Positions 1 through 10,644 of a stretch of DNA of 64,000 nt are shown one piece after another. Below the pieces are notes generated by a model. It saw only the letters and a list, made by a program, of their open reading frames with translations, ran no database searches and had not been told where the DNA came from. The stretch lies in NCBI GenBank assembly GCA_025786725.1, contig JAHLTZ010000017.1, positions 434,001-498,000 on the forward strand, read 5' to 3'. The translations under genes were made by a program, and so were the position numbers. Origin of the DNA: Syncephalis fuscata S228. Lineage: Eukaryota > Fungi > Zoopagomycota. Numbering within the stretch: the first letter of the stretch is position 1; every line of letters starts with the position of its first letter.

Positions 1-2016
1 TACTAGCTGGATTCTCGGCATAACGCTATTTAATCATTAGTATTGCATGAATAGATTGTATATTGTTTAATAGTTACCTGTAAGAATTGCGTAATATATA
101 AAGTAATGATGTTTGTTGTTTGTTGTGCAAATTGTTCTTGCAATGCTTGGACCAAATCAGTGGCTGCTTTACGACGTGTATCGTTTTCTATATCCCACTA
201 ATGTAAGTATTGATGTATATATATAGTATTTATATCCCTAATTACCTGTGCCTTCTAAGTCCTTGCGAATAAAAGCAATTGGCTCATCTTCAATTAACTC
301 TTCATCTGATTCTATTTGTAGTTATTGTGATGAGTATTCATAGTCATATTGTTACAAGTATTACGTTTAGTGACAGTTGATTTACAGATAGTTTAAATGA
401 CTACTTACCACGCATACTCATATTTTGAAGTACAAGTTTTTCACAAATCTTCTCCATGGTTTCTTCATTGCCAAACATTTCTCGTGTATCTCTCAATTTA
501 ACAACGGTGGCCAAAAACGATAATGCTTTGCACATCAACTAATATTCATCATTAATCTAAATGTCTTATATTCATTGCTTCTACTTATTAATAACAAATT
601 GCTTACAATATCATTCTTGGCATCCAATGAGAGTTTAGTCAACATGGTCCAGATGATGGTAATGAATTCTTGAAGCATCTTGAATTCTTCGGCATATCGT
701 TTGGCATATAGATCAACAATTTCACAAATGCTTGCCCGTAGTTTCTCCAATGGACCTGCTTCATCAACATCCTAAATATTAAATATCCATTTGTTAATGT
801 ACGTAATTGACTATGTCTAATCTTTAGTAATTTAATACAATTGGTACATACTTGAGTCTCTACAATTGGATTGGCGTATAACAGATATTTACGGAAGATG
901 GTCATAAATTCCGTCATGTGATCTTCAAAGAACTCGGGTAAATCTTGTGCATTCAAATTATAAAACACTTTGGCTGACAAAAACATCGATTCAAGCAATG
1001 TTTGAAGTGCTGCTGCATCATTTTCATTCTTATCAATCAATTGATCGGTATTCTATTATAAACATTAGCATTAGTATTGGTATATATACATCAATGATAA
1101 ATCAAATAAATGAATGAAAATATTAATATAATATACTTATTCATATATTACATACCAATACTAAATCAAGGAATGGCTGACCAAATACACCAATAACATA
1201 TTTGATCTCAGAAAAGATGGCATCTGATGCAAAAGCGTGTCGCCATCTAAATAATGAATGTTATGAATATTAATATACACGTTAATCATCACATCCACTT
1301 CTTACCCTTTGAATAACATATGAATTGTCTTAAGAATACCATTATTAATGGTGTAGTCTTGAGGATTAAGCTTTGCAACTAGATTCTAATAATATAATAA
1401 TTGAATTAATATAATATTGATTAGTTAATTGTTTGTCATGATGATTTGACCAGTAATAGGCCATTTACGCGATAAACTTACTGGCACCAAATCAGACCAG
1501 TCTGCTGGAAAGTCATTGTCGGCAATTGTAGCAATAATCTCGCCAATCTGAACCTGAATCCTTGGCACGACCTTGACTAGCACGTCAACAATATTGGCTT
1601 TGATAGCCTGGCGATCCTGTGGTGAAATAGAATCCTGTCCATCCGTCTAAGATGGTTTAAACCAATTAGTCAAGCAGTAACGCATTTAAAATAGCGCTAA
1701 TAGCACTTACTACGCTCCAGTAACGCTTAACGAAATTCTTAAGCAACAATGCAGCAGCAAAGCAAATATTAGGATCTGTGCCATCTTTGACGATCAGTGT
1801 CAAAGTAAGTAGCGGGAATCCAGCATTCTTTTCCACAGACTTTAGAAACTGCTCAGCTTTAGACGTTATAGAAACACGTCAGTTTATTTGCGTTAAGAAT
1901 GGCCAGGTTTGCGTGTTTTTGCTCGCTAGTAACTCACCTTCTCGACGTAGCGCAGGATCCAAGGTTTGGCCGAGGTATTGCGCAAGAACTTGCAGATTTT
2001 GCTCATTAACCTCCAT
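1..2016 (-). CDS. CSE1: Exportin-2 / importin-alpha re-exporter Cse1 (multi-exon, 3' part runs off the window start)
   Basis: ATG at 2016 (MEVNEQNLQVLAQYLGQTLDP), followed by exons encoding LLKNFVKRYW, IADNDFP, KVFYNLNAQDLPEFFEDHM, ICEIVDLYAKRYAEEF and FEDEPIAFIRKDLEG..DTRRKAATDL, all characteristic of Cse1/CAS; GT-AG introns. Confidence 0.93.
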
Positions 2017-2272
2017 GATCTAGACGGGTAAATACGACAAACAATCAAGTTGAAGCAATCAACAAGCGAGTAAGAAATCAAAGAACAGCCACGTACACAC
2101 ACACAGAGACGCACAGTAAAAGATAAAAAGCGACGTGTATCGACAATTATAAACAAAAATCCAAATATCACGTGGTTTTTGAGTAATCTTATTTATTATG
2201 TTGTTTCCTCCTGAATATTACAGTATTTGAACTACGCTAACATTTTCTATATTATAATAAGACAATTTAGAT

Positions 2273-2884
2273 TTATTGTATAATATATAATAATTTATTA
2301 TAATGGCATCTACCAGTTATTGTTTGTTGATAATCATAGTTTGATGGATTAAGCATTCGATCGATCATAAATATTGTGTTGTTTTTATGCCAAGAATTGG
2401 AAATAACCTTGGCGCAATTTACATACAAAGCTTTATCTTTTATATAAAGACGAAGTGGCATGTCCGCATAGTTATTAAAAAGTATATATTTGTCTGGAGA
2501 TAGAACGCTAGGGAAATCAGAATGATTGGCCATGTGATATCTTGCTTGGATATTGGTTATACTACCATGAAAAGCTTTATCCTCTGGTACAAAAGCTATA
2601 CCATTACGGGTATTTAATGGAAACGAGTCGTTGGAAGTGGTTTTAAGTATAATATTGGCAGCATTGAAAAACGAGCCATAACCTTGGTTTCTAGTCTCGT
2701 TGAGTGCTTTTCCTAACGAAAACGGATTATTTTCCCATGGGCCTTCAGAAAATGGAAAATTTCTTTGTTTTGAAGAGTGATCTATGGGCGATTCAGAGAC
2801 GTGCTCTTTAGACTTGGGTTCGGTAGGGACAGCTGTCACTACCGATAATAATAAAAATGCAAGAAATATAACGTGAAACAACAT
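2273..2884 (-). CDS. Small secreted protein with a single FAS1 (fasciclin)-like domain, copy 1 (203 aa, intronless)
   Basis: Signal peptide MLFHVIFLAFLLLSVVTA; FAS1-like motifs IAFVPEDKAF (H1), ARYHM, LYVNCAKVI, IFMIDRML (H2); paralogue at 5779-6366. Confidence 0.75.
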   Translation of the reverse strand: MLFHVIFLAFLLLSVVTAVPTEPKSKEHVSESPIDHSSKQRNFPFSEGPWENNPFSLGKALNETRNQGYGSFFNAANIILKTTSNDSFPLNTRNGIAFVPEDKAFHGSITNIQARYHMANHSDFPSVLSPDKYILFNNYADMPLRLYIKDKALYVNCAKVISNSWHKNNTIFMIDRMLNPSNYDYQQTITGRCHYNKLLYIIQ

Positions 2885-3701
2885 GCTTGAAATGCTAGTG
2901 TGTTATCACAAAAATGGTATATTCGATACAAACAGAATGTAGGTAATGTTTGAAAATACAGAAATGCTAAACAAGAAGGATGCAATAAAGTAAAATTATA
3001 TTGTTGACTTTTTACCATTCATTTATAGTTTTATGCAACTGATGATGTTCAATAATGTTCGTTTAGCCATTAAGCAAAGTCATACTGAGGTTGACAAACT
3101 ACGCCATTGTCTATTGTTGTATTTTGTACCTTTGTGCCTTTGTTGCTCTTCAAATAAATATTAAATGTATTTTCTTTATTTATTTAGCTAATAAATATTA
3201 AATAAAGCTTGTTATTTTAGTTTATATCAATAAATATACATTGTATAATAATTACAAATAACGTAGAAATGGTGTTGACATACAACTATCTAATCGAAAG
3301 GTTAAGATAGTTTCATCATGCGATATATTGTTGAATATTATACTTGTGCAACCATCATGTTGAATGTAAATCACATGCTTCATCATCCATTTCCAGACCT
3401 TCTTTGTTCTCGTATGCACACTTGCAAAATACGTGAGTTGTAACATGCAGTACAACCACATGAACATGGTTTGTTGCCATTCCCAGCAGAGTAGACCTTG
3501 AATACCACATGAACAAAAACAACATTTATTAGTGCAGTATTGCATGATGTATTTATCTAATCTGTTGCTCATTTTATTACTCTGTATTTGCACTCAACAC
3601 TCGTACTATTTGTAACTTTGTTTATTAGAGCTAGCAGGTCTGCTCTACTCTGTCACAATCAATCCGCATCACCAACTACTTACACTTATTACTCGATTAA
3701 C

Positions 3702-5309
3702 ATGCGTTTCCTAAATCCTTCGCATGAACCCACTTCACTTGTGCTATCCCGCGTACTATTCATAGTCATGGGAGTTATTGGACTATCTTTAATTATGAGC
3801 CGAGAAATATCCCACTTTGTTGAGCAAAAGAATGTTTATCAAGTGGAATATTATACCGAACCACTTGCCATGCCAGCCATACTATTTCGATCAATAGTAG
3901 CGCCTAAACTTATGGCTATATATAATATAGCTGTTACTAGTAATTCAGGAGATAGAATATACAGTATAGCTGAAGTCAGCGAACTAATCAAACCCATCAA
4001 ATGGAACAGTAATGTAACCGATTCAAGCTATTCAATTCAAGACTGGAAAATACTTAAAAACTCACAAGTATCTCCATCATTAAATAATTCGATACTTTAT
4101 ATGGCCATGCTAGATCCTAAGATTAGTCATACCTTTGTTCCAAAAACTCAAAATAATCCTGAGAGGGTTAGAATGAATGGCAACAATATTACTGAATTAC
4201 ATATGAGATTTGAAATACGAATTCCTTTAATCGATACGGTTATTACCAAACAACCCTCTGATTTTCAAGCTGAAATATTTGTCATTGACAATCCTGATTT
4301 GCTTAATTCAACAAAGCATGGCAAACCATTTGATTTGGCTACAGTTGATTCGGGATCTCGTTTTATTATGAAAAGTGGAACCAGAACTAAGATTGGTTTT
4401 TTTCAAAGCTACACCGAAAAAGATAATCAAATTGAAAGAATGTACGACGTTGGAGTTTATGAGCAGTGGGGAACGAATTCAACAGCGGTCGAGTTTACTA
4501 TTATTCCTCGCAACAAGCCATCTGCCAATAGAGATAGTTTCATAGTAAGAAAAGAGTTTGCGCAACGCCCCGTTAGTCTATTCCAAATAATTGGTGCTAT
4601 TGGCGGTGCTATATCACTTTTTATTATTATTTTCACTATACTTTTTGGCCAAGGTCGTCTCCGGCCATGGGGGATAATTCAGCAGTATTTTATGCGCAAC
4701 AAGATGCTTAATGTTTTACCACAATCCATGATTAGCATTAAATCTTATTACGATCCCAGATTTAATCATGAATTAGCCACTGATATGAAAGGTTTACATA
4801 TGCCAAATTCAGAACAATATAGCACAGCATTCCGGTCATCAAAGTCCACTGTCAACACATATCGACAAAAGCCACTAAATAATGACATATCACAACGTAT
4901 ACCATCTACACTTGCTAATGACGAGCAATCATATTTATCTACTGCTGATACTCGCGGTAGTGAGATTTGTGAACTCAAGGCAATGATAGTGGCACAAAAA
5001 GCGCAGATGGAAACTCAGAAAATAAGCATGGAAGCACAAATGGCAACTCAAATCAAGCAATTGGTAGTAATGTCCAATCGATTTGCAACACTTGAAGATG
5101 ATCCAGGCATAAACAACAGTACTACGGTTCCGAATAGCTTTGTTTTAGACGATACATGTTTACCAAATTTATCAATGACTCAACATAGTAAATCACCTGC
5201 TTTTACATCCGAAATGTCGTTGCTTCAAACTCGTATGGCAAGCATGGAGGCTTTCCAGTGTCGATTGAAGACATTTTACTTGTCATCTGATTTGTTTAAA
5301 GATGCTTAG
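3702..5309 (+). CDS. Two-transmembrane protein with large ectodomain and coiled-coil cytoplasmic tail, DEG/ENaC-like architecture, copy 1 (535 aa, intronless)
   Basis: First ATG at 3702 (the ORF track starts at an upstream TTG); TM1 VLFIVMGVIGLSLIM, post-TM1 LAMPAILF, TM2 FQIIGAIGGAISLFIIIFTILFG followed by RLRPWGIIQ; heptad-like ELKAMIVAQKAQME. The CDS is certain, the channel assignment is inferred. Confidence 0.8.
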   Translation: MRFLNPSHEPTSLVLSRVLFIVMGVIGLSLIMSREISHFVEQKNVYQVEYYTEPLAMPAILFRSIVAPKLMAIYNIAVTSNSGDRIYSIAEVSELIKPIKWNSNVTDSSYSIQDWKILKNSQVSPSLNNSILYMAMLDPKISHTFVPKTQNNPERVRMNGNNITELHMRFEIRIPLIDTVITKQPSDFQAEIFVIDNPDLLNSTKHGKPFDLATVDSGSRFIMKSGTRTKIGFFQSYTEKDNQIERMYDVGVYEQWGTNSTAVEFTIIPRNKPSANRDSFIVRKEFAQRPVSLFQIIGAIGGAISLFIIIFTILFGQGRLRPWGIIQQYFMRNKMLNVLPQSMISIKSYYDPRFNHELATDMKGLHMPNSEQYSTAFRSSKSTVNTYRQKPLNNDISQRIPSTLANDEQSYLSTADTRGSEICELKAMIVAQKAQMETQKISMEAQMATQIKQLVVMSNRFATLEDDPGINNSTTVPNSFVLDDTCLPNLSMTQHSKSPAFTSEMSLLQTRMASMEAFQCRLKTFYLSSDLFKDA

Positions 5310-5778
5310 TTTAATTACTATCTATAATAAATTATATAATAATATTATCTAACATTAAAATGATTACTAAGTAATAATAGTAGTAAATGTTGAAAATATT
5401 ATATTAAACTATTAATATGCAGAGACATAGAAGATACGGTATATGAGAAACAAATCAAAAAAGATCATTACAACAAAATAATACGGATAGTTATATCAGT
5501 TAAATGAACATTTATGCTCTGAATAATTAAATGTATTTTATTACGATGTTTTGACTTAAATGTTGTAATTACATTTATTCTAGCTTACAAATACATTTTT
5601 AGTATAAACATTTAGTCAAGTCAGAGTAGCATCAAGTTGAGTGCATTATTCACATTGGATCAGGTCTCTAGTGATGATTCTATTAGAAAATAATATAATG
5701 GATAGTGCTATTTGATATTCAATAAATAAAGCATGCCAATTCAAGTTTGTATATATTATATACAATATTTTATTATGA

Positions 5779-6366
5779 TCAACATTCTCCTTTGACTGCC
5801 CGACCATAATCATCGTCTCCTGGGCTAAGCATTCGGTCAATCAAAAATACTATATTGCTATTGTTCGGATTGATAATCGTATTAATAATTCTTGCACAAT
5901 TTACATACATAGATCCATTTTTTGGACGAATGTAAAGCTTCCAGCCTGCATAGCTTTCGACAGCACTATGGGTGCCTCGCTCCAAAGACATGGGAAAGCC
6001 ATTACGAGAGGTCATATAATATTTCGCATGTAGCTCGTCCAAAGTGCCGCTAAAAGTATTGTCCACTGGTACAAATGCAATGCTATTTTTGGAATACATA
6101 GTACGCTTTTTGTTAGACTCGTATAAAAATAAATCATGAATTATGCTATAAAACAGCGCGCCACCAAAAGAACTAGTTGATGCTATAGCGCTTCCAAAAG
6201 AAAATGGAATATCTATCCAATTTTTTTCGTATTTTGGATCTTGTATAAAAGCTGAATTCGTGTCAACAAAAGTTCGATCAGCGCGTTTTTCAAGTGTGGG
6301 TTTAATAGGCCCTGCTGCTACAACCAAAAATAAAACAAGTGCAAGAAATATAACATGCAATAACAT
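5779..6366 (-). CDS. Small secreted FAS1-like protein, copy 2 (195 aa, intronless)
   Basis: Signal peptide MLLHVIFLALVLFLVVAA, dibasic EKR site, IAFVPVDNTF, AKYYM, MYVNCARII, VFLIDRML. Confidence 0.75.
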   Translation of the reverse strand: MLLHVIFLALVLFLVVAAGPIKPTLEKRADRTFVDTNSAFIQDPKYEKNWIDIPFSFGSAIASTSSFGGALFYSIIHDLFLYESNKKRTMYSKNSIAFVPVDNTFSGTLDELHAKYYMTSRNGFPMSLERGTHSAVESYAGWKLYIRPKNGSMYVNCARIINTIINPNNSNIVFLIDRMLSPGDDDYGRAVKGEC

Positions 6367-7157
6367 GCTTGAAATGATGGAGTGCTATCACAATAAATGG
6401 TATGCTTGATATAAACAAAATGCAGATAATGCTTGAAAATACAAAAATGCTAAACAAGAAGGATGCAATGAAATGAATGCGAAGTGAAGAGCATACTACC
6501 AACTTTGTACCATTCGTTCGTAGCTTTATACAAAGGATGGTATTCAATAATAACTGCCTAACTATTGGTCAAAGTCCATAGTGAGATTGGCAAATACGTC
6601 ATTGCCTATTTATTGTGCCTTTGCACTTTTAATTGTTTTCATTTCAGTAGATATTAAATAAAGCTTGTTATTTTAGTTTATATCAATAAATATACATTGT
6701 ATAATAATTACAAATAACGTAGAAATGGTGTTGACATACAACTATCTAATCGAAAGGTTAAGATAGTTTCATCATGCGATATATTGTTGAATATTATACT
6801 TGTGCAACCATCATGTTGAATGTAAATCACATGCTTCATCATCCATTTCCAGACCTTCTTTGTTCTCGTATGCACACTTGCAAAATACGTGAGTTGTAAC
6901 ATGCAGTACAACCACATGAACATGGTTTGTTGCCATTCCCAGCAGAGTAGACCTTGAATACCACATGAACAAAAACAACATTTATTAGTGCAGTATTGCA
7001 TGATGTATTTATCTAATCTGTTGCTCATTTTATTACTCTGTATTTGCACTCAACACTCGTACTATTTGTAACTTTGTTTATTAGAGCTAGCAGGTCTGCT
7101 CTACTCTGTCACAATCAATCCGCATCACCAACTACTTACACTTATTACTCGATTAAC

Positions 7158-8741
7158 ATGCGTTTCCTAAATCCTTCGCATGAACCCACTTCACTTGTGC
7201 TATCCCGCGTACTATTCATAGTCATGGGAGTTATTGGACTATCTTTAATTATGAGCCGAGAAATATCCCACTTTGTTGAGCAAAAGAATGTTTATCAAGT
7301 GGAATATTATACCGAACCACTTGCCATGCCAGCCATACTATTTCGATCAATAGTAGCACCTGGATCTCTTGATATATATAGTGTAGCTGTTACCAGTAAT
7401 TCAGGATATAAGAGATATAGTGCGCGTAACATCAAAGAAATACTTAAACTTATCAAATGGAACAGCAATGTAACCGATTCAAGCTACCCAATCCAAGACT
7501 GGAAGTTTTTTAATAGTAGACAAGTATCTCCATCATTAAATAATTCGATACTTTATATGGCCATGCTAGATCCTAAGATTAGTCATACCTTTGTTCCAAA
7601 AACTCAAAATAATCCTGAGAGGGTTAGAATGAATGGCAACAATATTACTGAATTACATATGAGATTTGAAATACGAATTCCTTTAATCGATACGGTTATT
7701 ACCAAACAACCCTCTGATTTTCAAGCTGAAATATTTGTCATTGACAATCCTGATTTGCTTAATTCAACAAAGCATGGCAAACCATTTGATTTGGCTACAG
7801 TTGATTCGGGATCTCGTTTTATTATGAAAAGTGGAACCAGAACTAAGATTGGTTTTTTTCAAAGCTACACCGAAAAAGATAATCAAATTGAAAGAATGTA
7901 CGACGTTGGAGTTTATGAGCAGTGGGGAACGAATTCAACAGCGGTCGAGTTTACTATTATTCCTCGCAACAAGCCATCTGCCAATAGAGATAGTTTCATA
8001 GTAAGAAAAGAGATTGCACGATACCCTGTTAGTTTATTTCAAGCAATTGGTGCAGTTGGCGGTGCTATATCACTTTTTGCTGCTTTGTTTACTATTCTTT
8101 TTGGCCAACGTCGCCTTCGACCTTGGGGAATTATTCAACGGTACTTTGTACGTAACAGAATGCTTAGTCTTTTGCCGAAATCTATGGTCAGCATCAAATC
8201 TGACTACCAGCCTAAATTTAATCACGACTCAGTCACTGATATGACATTCTTAAATATGCCAAATCCAGAACAACGCGGTACAGCATCCTGGGTGCCAAAG
8301 CCAACCAGTAATTTAAATCAACAACAAGCATCAAATAATGACACATCCCAGTCTATGACGTCTGTATTGATTAACAGTGAACAGCAAAATTTACCTAATA
8401 TTCATCCTCGTGCTGATGAAATACGTGAGCTTAAAGCAATGATGATAACACAGAAGGCGCAAATGGAGGCGCAAATGAAGCAATTTACAATAGTTTCAAA
8501 CCGGCTTGCAACACTTGAAAATGATCCAGGAACAAACAACAATACTATGATTCTAGATAAGCTGGCTCCAGATAGCACATGTCTACCTAATACTTCAATG
8601 GCTCATCATAACAACTCATTTGTATCTTCACGCAGCGCAGCATCAGTTGAAACTCGCTTGTCAAACCTTGAATCTTTTCAGTATCGATTGGGAACATTTT
8701 ATCTGTCATCCGACTTGTTTAAAGACACTTCATTTAATTAA
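7158..8741 (+). CDS. Two-transmembrane DEG/ENaC-like protein, copy 2 (527 aa, intronless)
   Basis: Paralogue of 3702-5309 at offset 3456; TM2 FQAIGAVGGAISLFAALFTILFG-RRLRPWGIIQ. Confidence 0.8.
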   Translation: MRFLNPSHEPTSLVLSRVLFIVMGVIGLSLIMSREISHFVEQKNVYQVEYYTEPLAMPAILFRSIVAPGSLDIYSVAVTSNSGYKRYSARNIKEILKLIKWNSNVTDSSYPIQDWKFFNSRQVSPSLNNSILYMAMLDPKISHTFVPKTQNNPERVRMNGNNITELHMRFEIRIPLIDTVITKQPSDFQAEIFVIDNPDLLNSTKHGKPFDLATVDSGSRFIMKSGTRTKIGFFQSYTEKDNQIERMYDVGVYEQWGTNSTAVEFTIIPRNKPSANRDSFIVRKEIARYPVSLFQAIGAVGGAISLFAALFTILFGQRRLRPWGIIQRYFVRNRMLSLLPKSMVSIKSDYQPKFNHDSVTDMTFLNMPNPEQRGTASWVPKPTSNLNQQQASNNDTSQSMTSVLINSEQQNLPNIHPRADEIRELKAMMITQKAQMEAQMKQFTIVSNRLATLENDPGTNNNTMILDKLAPDSTCLPNTSMAHHNNSFVSSRSAASVETRLSNLESFQYRLGTFYLSSDLFKDTSFN

Positions 8742-9216
8742 TATTTACAATAAATTATTCAATTATATGTATCGTAATAACTGTGTATTGAAAATTTTAA
8801 AACATAATATTATAAATGATAAAATTATAATAGAGGTCATAGCATATGGTCAAAATACTTTATTCCATATAAGCAAAAACAAGACTTACAATTTAAAAGA
8901 GAAGAATGTTTATAGTTTTAGCTTACATTTAAGCATTTAGAATAATAAAAAAGTAGCATTAAAGATAATTATACACATTGTATATCCTATTGTGTTTCCA
9001 GTGACGACCATTTTACAATGTAGCAAAAATGGTTGGAATAGAAATCGAGGCATGCCCAGGTGTTATCAATGGCACTTCAATGTATCTAAAGGGGTTTACA
9101 AAGTCTATATTGCATGACAATTGACTGGGCGTATGTGTTAATAAAATAGCAGCAGAGACAATAACCATGACAGCCAACTGATATCTTTTTTCTTCGCGAA
9201 CAAACTATCTAGCAGT

Positions 9217-10644
9217 ATGACCATTCAAAGCAAAGAACACGGTATTGAAGAGCCGATCTGCCAATTCAGGCCACCTGAAGGACTTGAATTAAAGTCGGCC
9301 TATGTCACGCCGCTGGATATGATTATGCCGATGACGTATAATCGTCATATTTACTTTTATCGTAATCCAGATCCGACAACCGAGTTTATGCCTACAGAAC
9401 AACTGGCTGCTGGTCTCGAAAAAGCACTGACCTATTATCCAGTGCTCTATGCCGGTATTACAACACTGCCTGACCTTCAGCGTGTATTTGAGCCTACCGG
9501 AGCACCGATACCATTGTACGAGCAACAAGTTGACTATGGCTTTGAGAAATTTGAGCCACATTGGCGCCATAAAGATATACCGACTAAACTTGATGTACTA
9601 TCTGTGCGAGCAGATATTGCCAATGCACCAATGTTAGCCGCTCGTATTACACGACTACGCAATAATGAAGGCGTTGTTGTGACTATCGCTGTGCATCATG
9701 TCGTCGCGGACGGGTTCGGCGTGGAAATCTTCATGGAAACCTGGACGGCTTGTGTACGCGGTGAAGAGCCGTCACCGTTACCGTGCCACGAACGATCACT
9801 TATATCGCCGACGGGTCCACCATCCGAGGAGCATCCCGAATACTATTGGGTCAAACCAGAGTACGCTTCGTTTGAATATGCATTTACACCGTCTGAAGCG
9901 GCAGCCAATGCAGCTGGGGAAACTCCACCACCGCCAATGAAAACGGCAATCTTTCGTGTATCGGCAGAGCATCTTGCCCAGCTTAAACGAGAAGCGTTAC
10001 TTATGCCAGCCCCTGACGCTGACCTCGAGGATGTCTCGGACGTTGCATGGATATCAAGCGGCGATGCACTTACTGCACTTATTTGGCAGGCTATAACGCG
10101 CGCTGGCCATACATCGGGCCAGCTGCAGTCTAGCTTCCATATCGCGGCCAATTCACGCGCTCGTTTTGAGCCTCCATTGCCGTACAACTATTTTGGCAAC
10201 GCATCATTTCGCATCAATCCCGTTGCCATGACTGAAAAGCTAAAGCAAATGCCTCTTGGCTATTTGGCTCGGCTTATTCGCAAACGAAACAACGAAATGG
10301 ACGGCAATCGTTTACAATCGGCGGTTAATTGGCTTGCAGCACTTCCTGAGCACCAACGTCTACGCAGTCCAATTCAAGTCATGTTTGGCATTGATTTTGC
10401 ACTGGCCAATCTTGCTTTCCCGCAGATGTATGACGTGAATTTTGGTTATGGACGACCAGTACGTCGTCGCTTGCCTTATGACAATTGGAATGGCGGCGCT
10501 GTCATCTTTAGTCTGCCACCAAGCACAGCTGATGGCCCAGCCGGACAAGAAGGTGTTGAGTTTTACCTTGGTATGCTAGCCGAGAATTTTAATCAACTAT
10601 TAGCCGATGAGGAATTTATTCGATTTGCCGAATATATTGGCTAA
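9217..10644 (+). CDS. CoA-dependent acyltransferase, BAHD/'Transferase' family (Tri101-like), intronless
   Basis: Catalytic HxxxDG (HHVVADG), SSGDALTALIWQAI, NSRARFEPPLPYNYFGNA, and DFGWG-like DVNFGYG. Confidence 0.9.
   Translation: MTIQSKEHGIEEPICQFRPPEGLELKSAYVTPLDMIMPMTYNRHIYFYRNPDPTTEFMPTEQLAAGLEKALTYYPVLYAGITTLPDLQRVFEPTGAPIPLYEQQVDYGFEKFEPHWRHKDIPTKLDVLSVRADIANAPMLAARITRLRNNEGVVVTIAVHHVVADGFGVEIFMETWTACVRGEEPSPLPCHERSLISPTGPPSEEHPEYYWVKPEYASFEYAFTPSEAAANAAGETPPPPMKTAIFRVSAEHLAQLKREALLMPAPDADLEDVSDVAWISSGDALTALIWQAITRAGHTSGQLQSSFHIAANSRARFEPPLPYNYFGNASFRINPVAMTEKLKQMPLGYLARLIRKRNNEMDGNRLQSAVNWLAALPEHQRLRSPIQVMFGIDFALANLAFPQMYDVNFGYGRPVRRRLPYDNWNGGAVIFSLPPSTADGPAGQEGVEFYLGMLAENFNQLLADEEFIRFAEYIG

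Larger units (their letters stand above)
2273..8760. repeat. Tandem segmental duplication of a two-gene unit (period ~3.46 kb)
   Basis: 3195-3901 = 6651-7357 and 4064-4556 = 7520-8012 appear identical by eye (offset 3456); flanking parts are homologous but diverged. Confidence 0.95.

Noticed and set aside
3252-3593. Cys/Trp/Met-rich 113-aa minus-strand ORF, repeated identically at 6708-7049
   Set aside because: Non-ATG start, no protein-like features, lies in the shared promoter; its conservation is explained by the identical duplicated block.
3588-3701. Apparent signal-peptide-like extension (MHSTLVLFVTLFIRA…) on the 2-TM proteins
   Set aside because: Begins at TTG; the first ATG is 3702/7158, which gives the expected short cytoplasmic N-terminus. 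Most likely 5' UTR.
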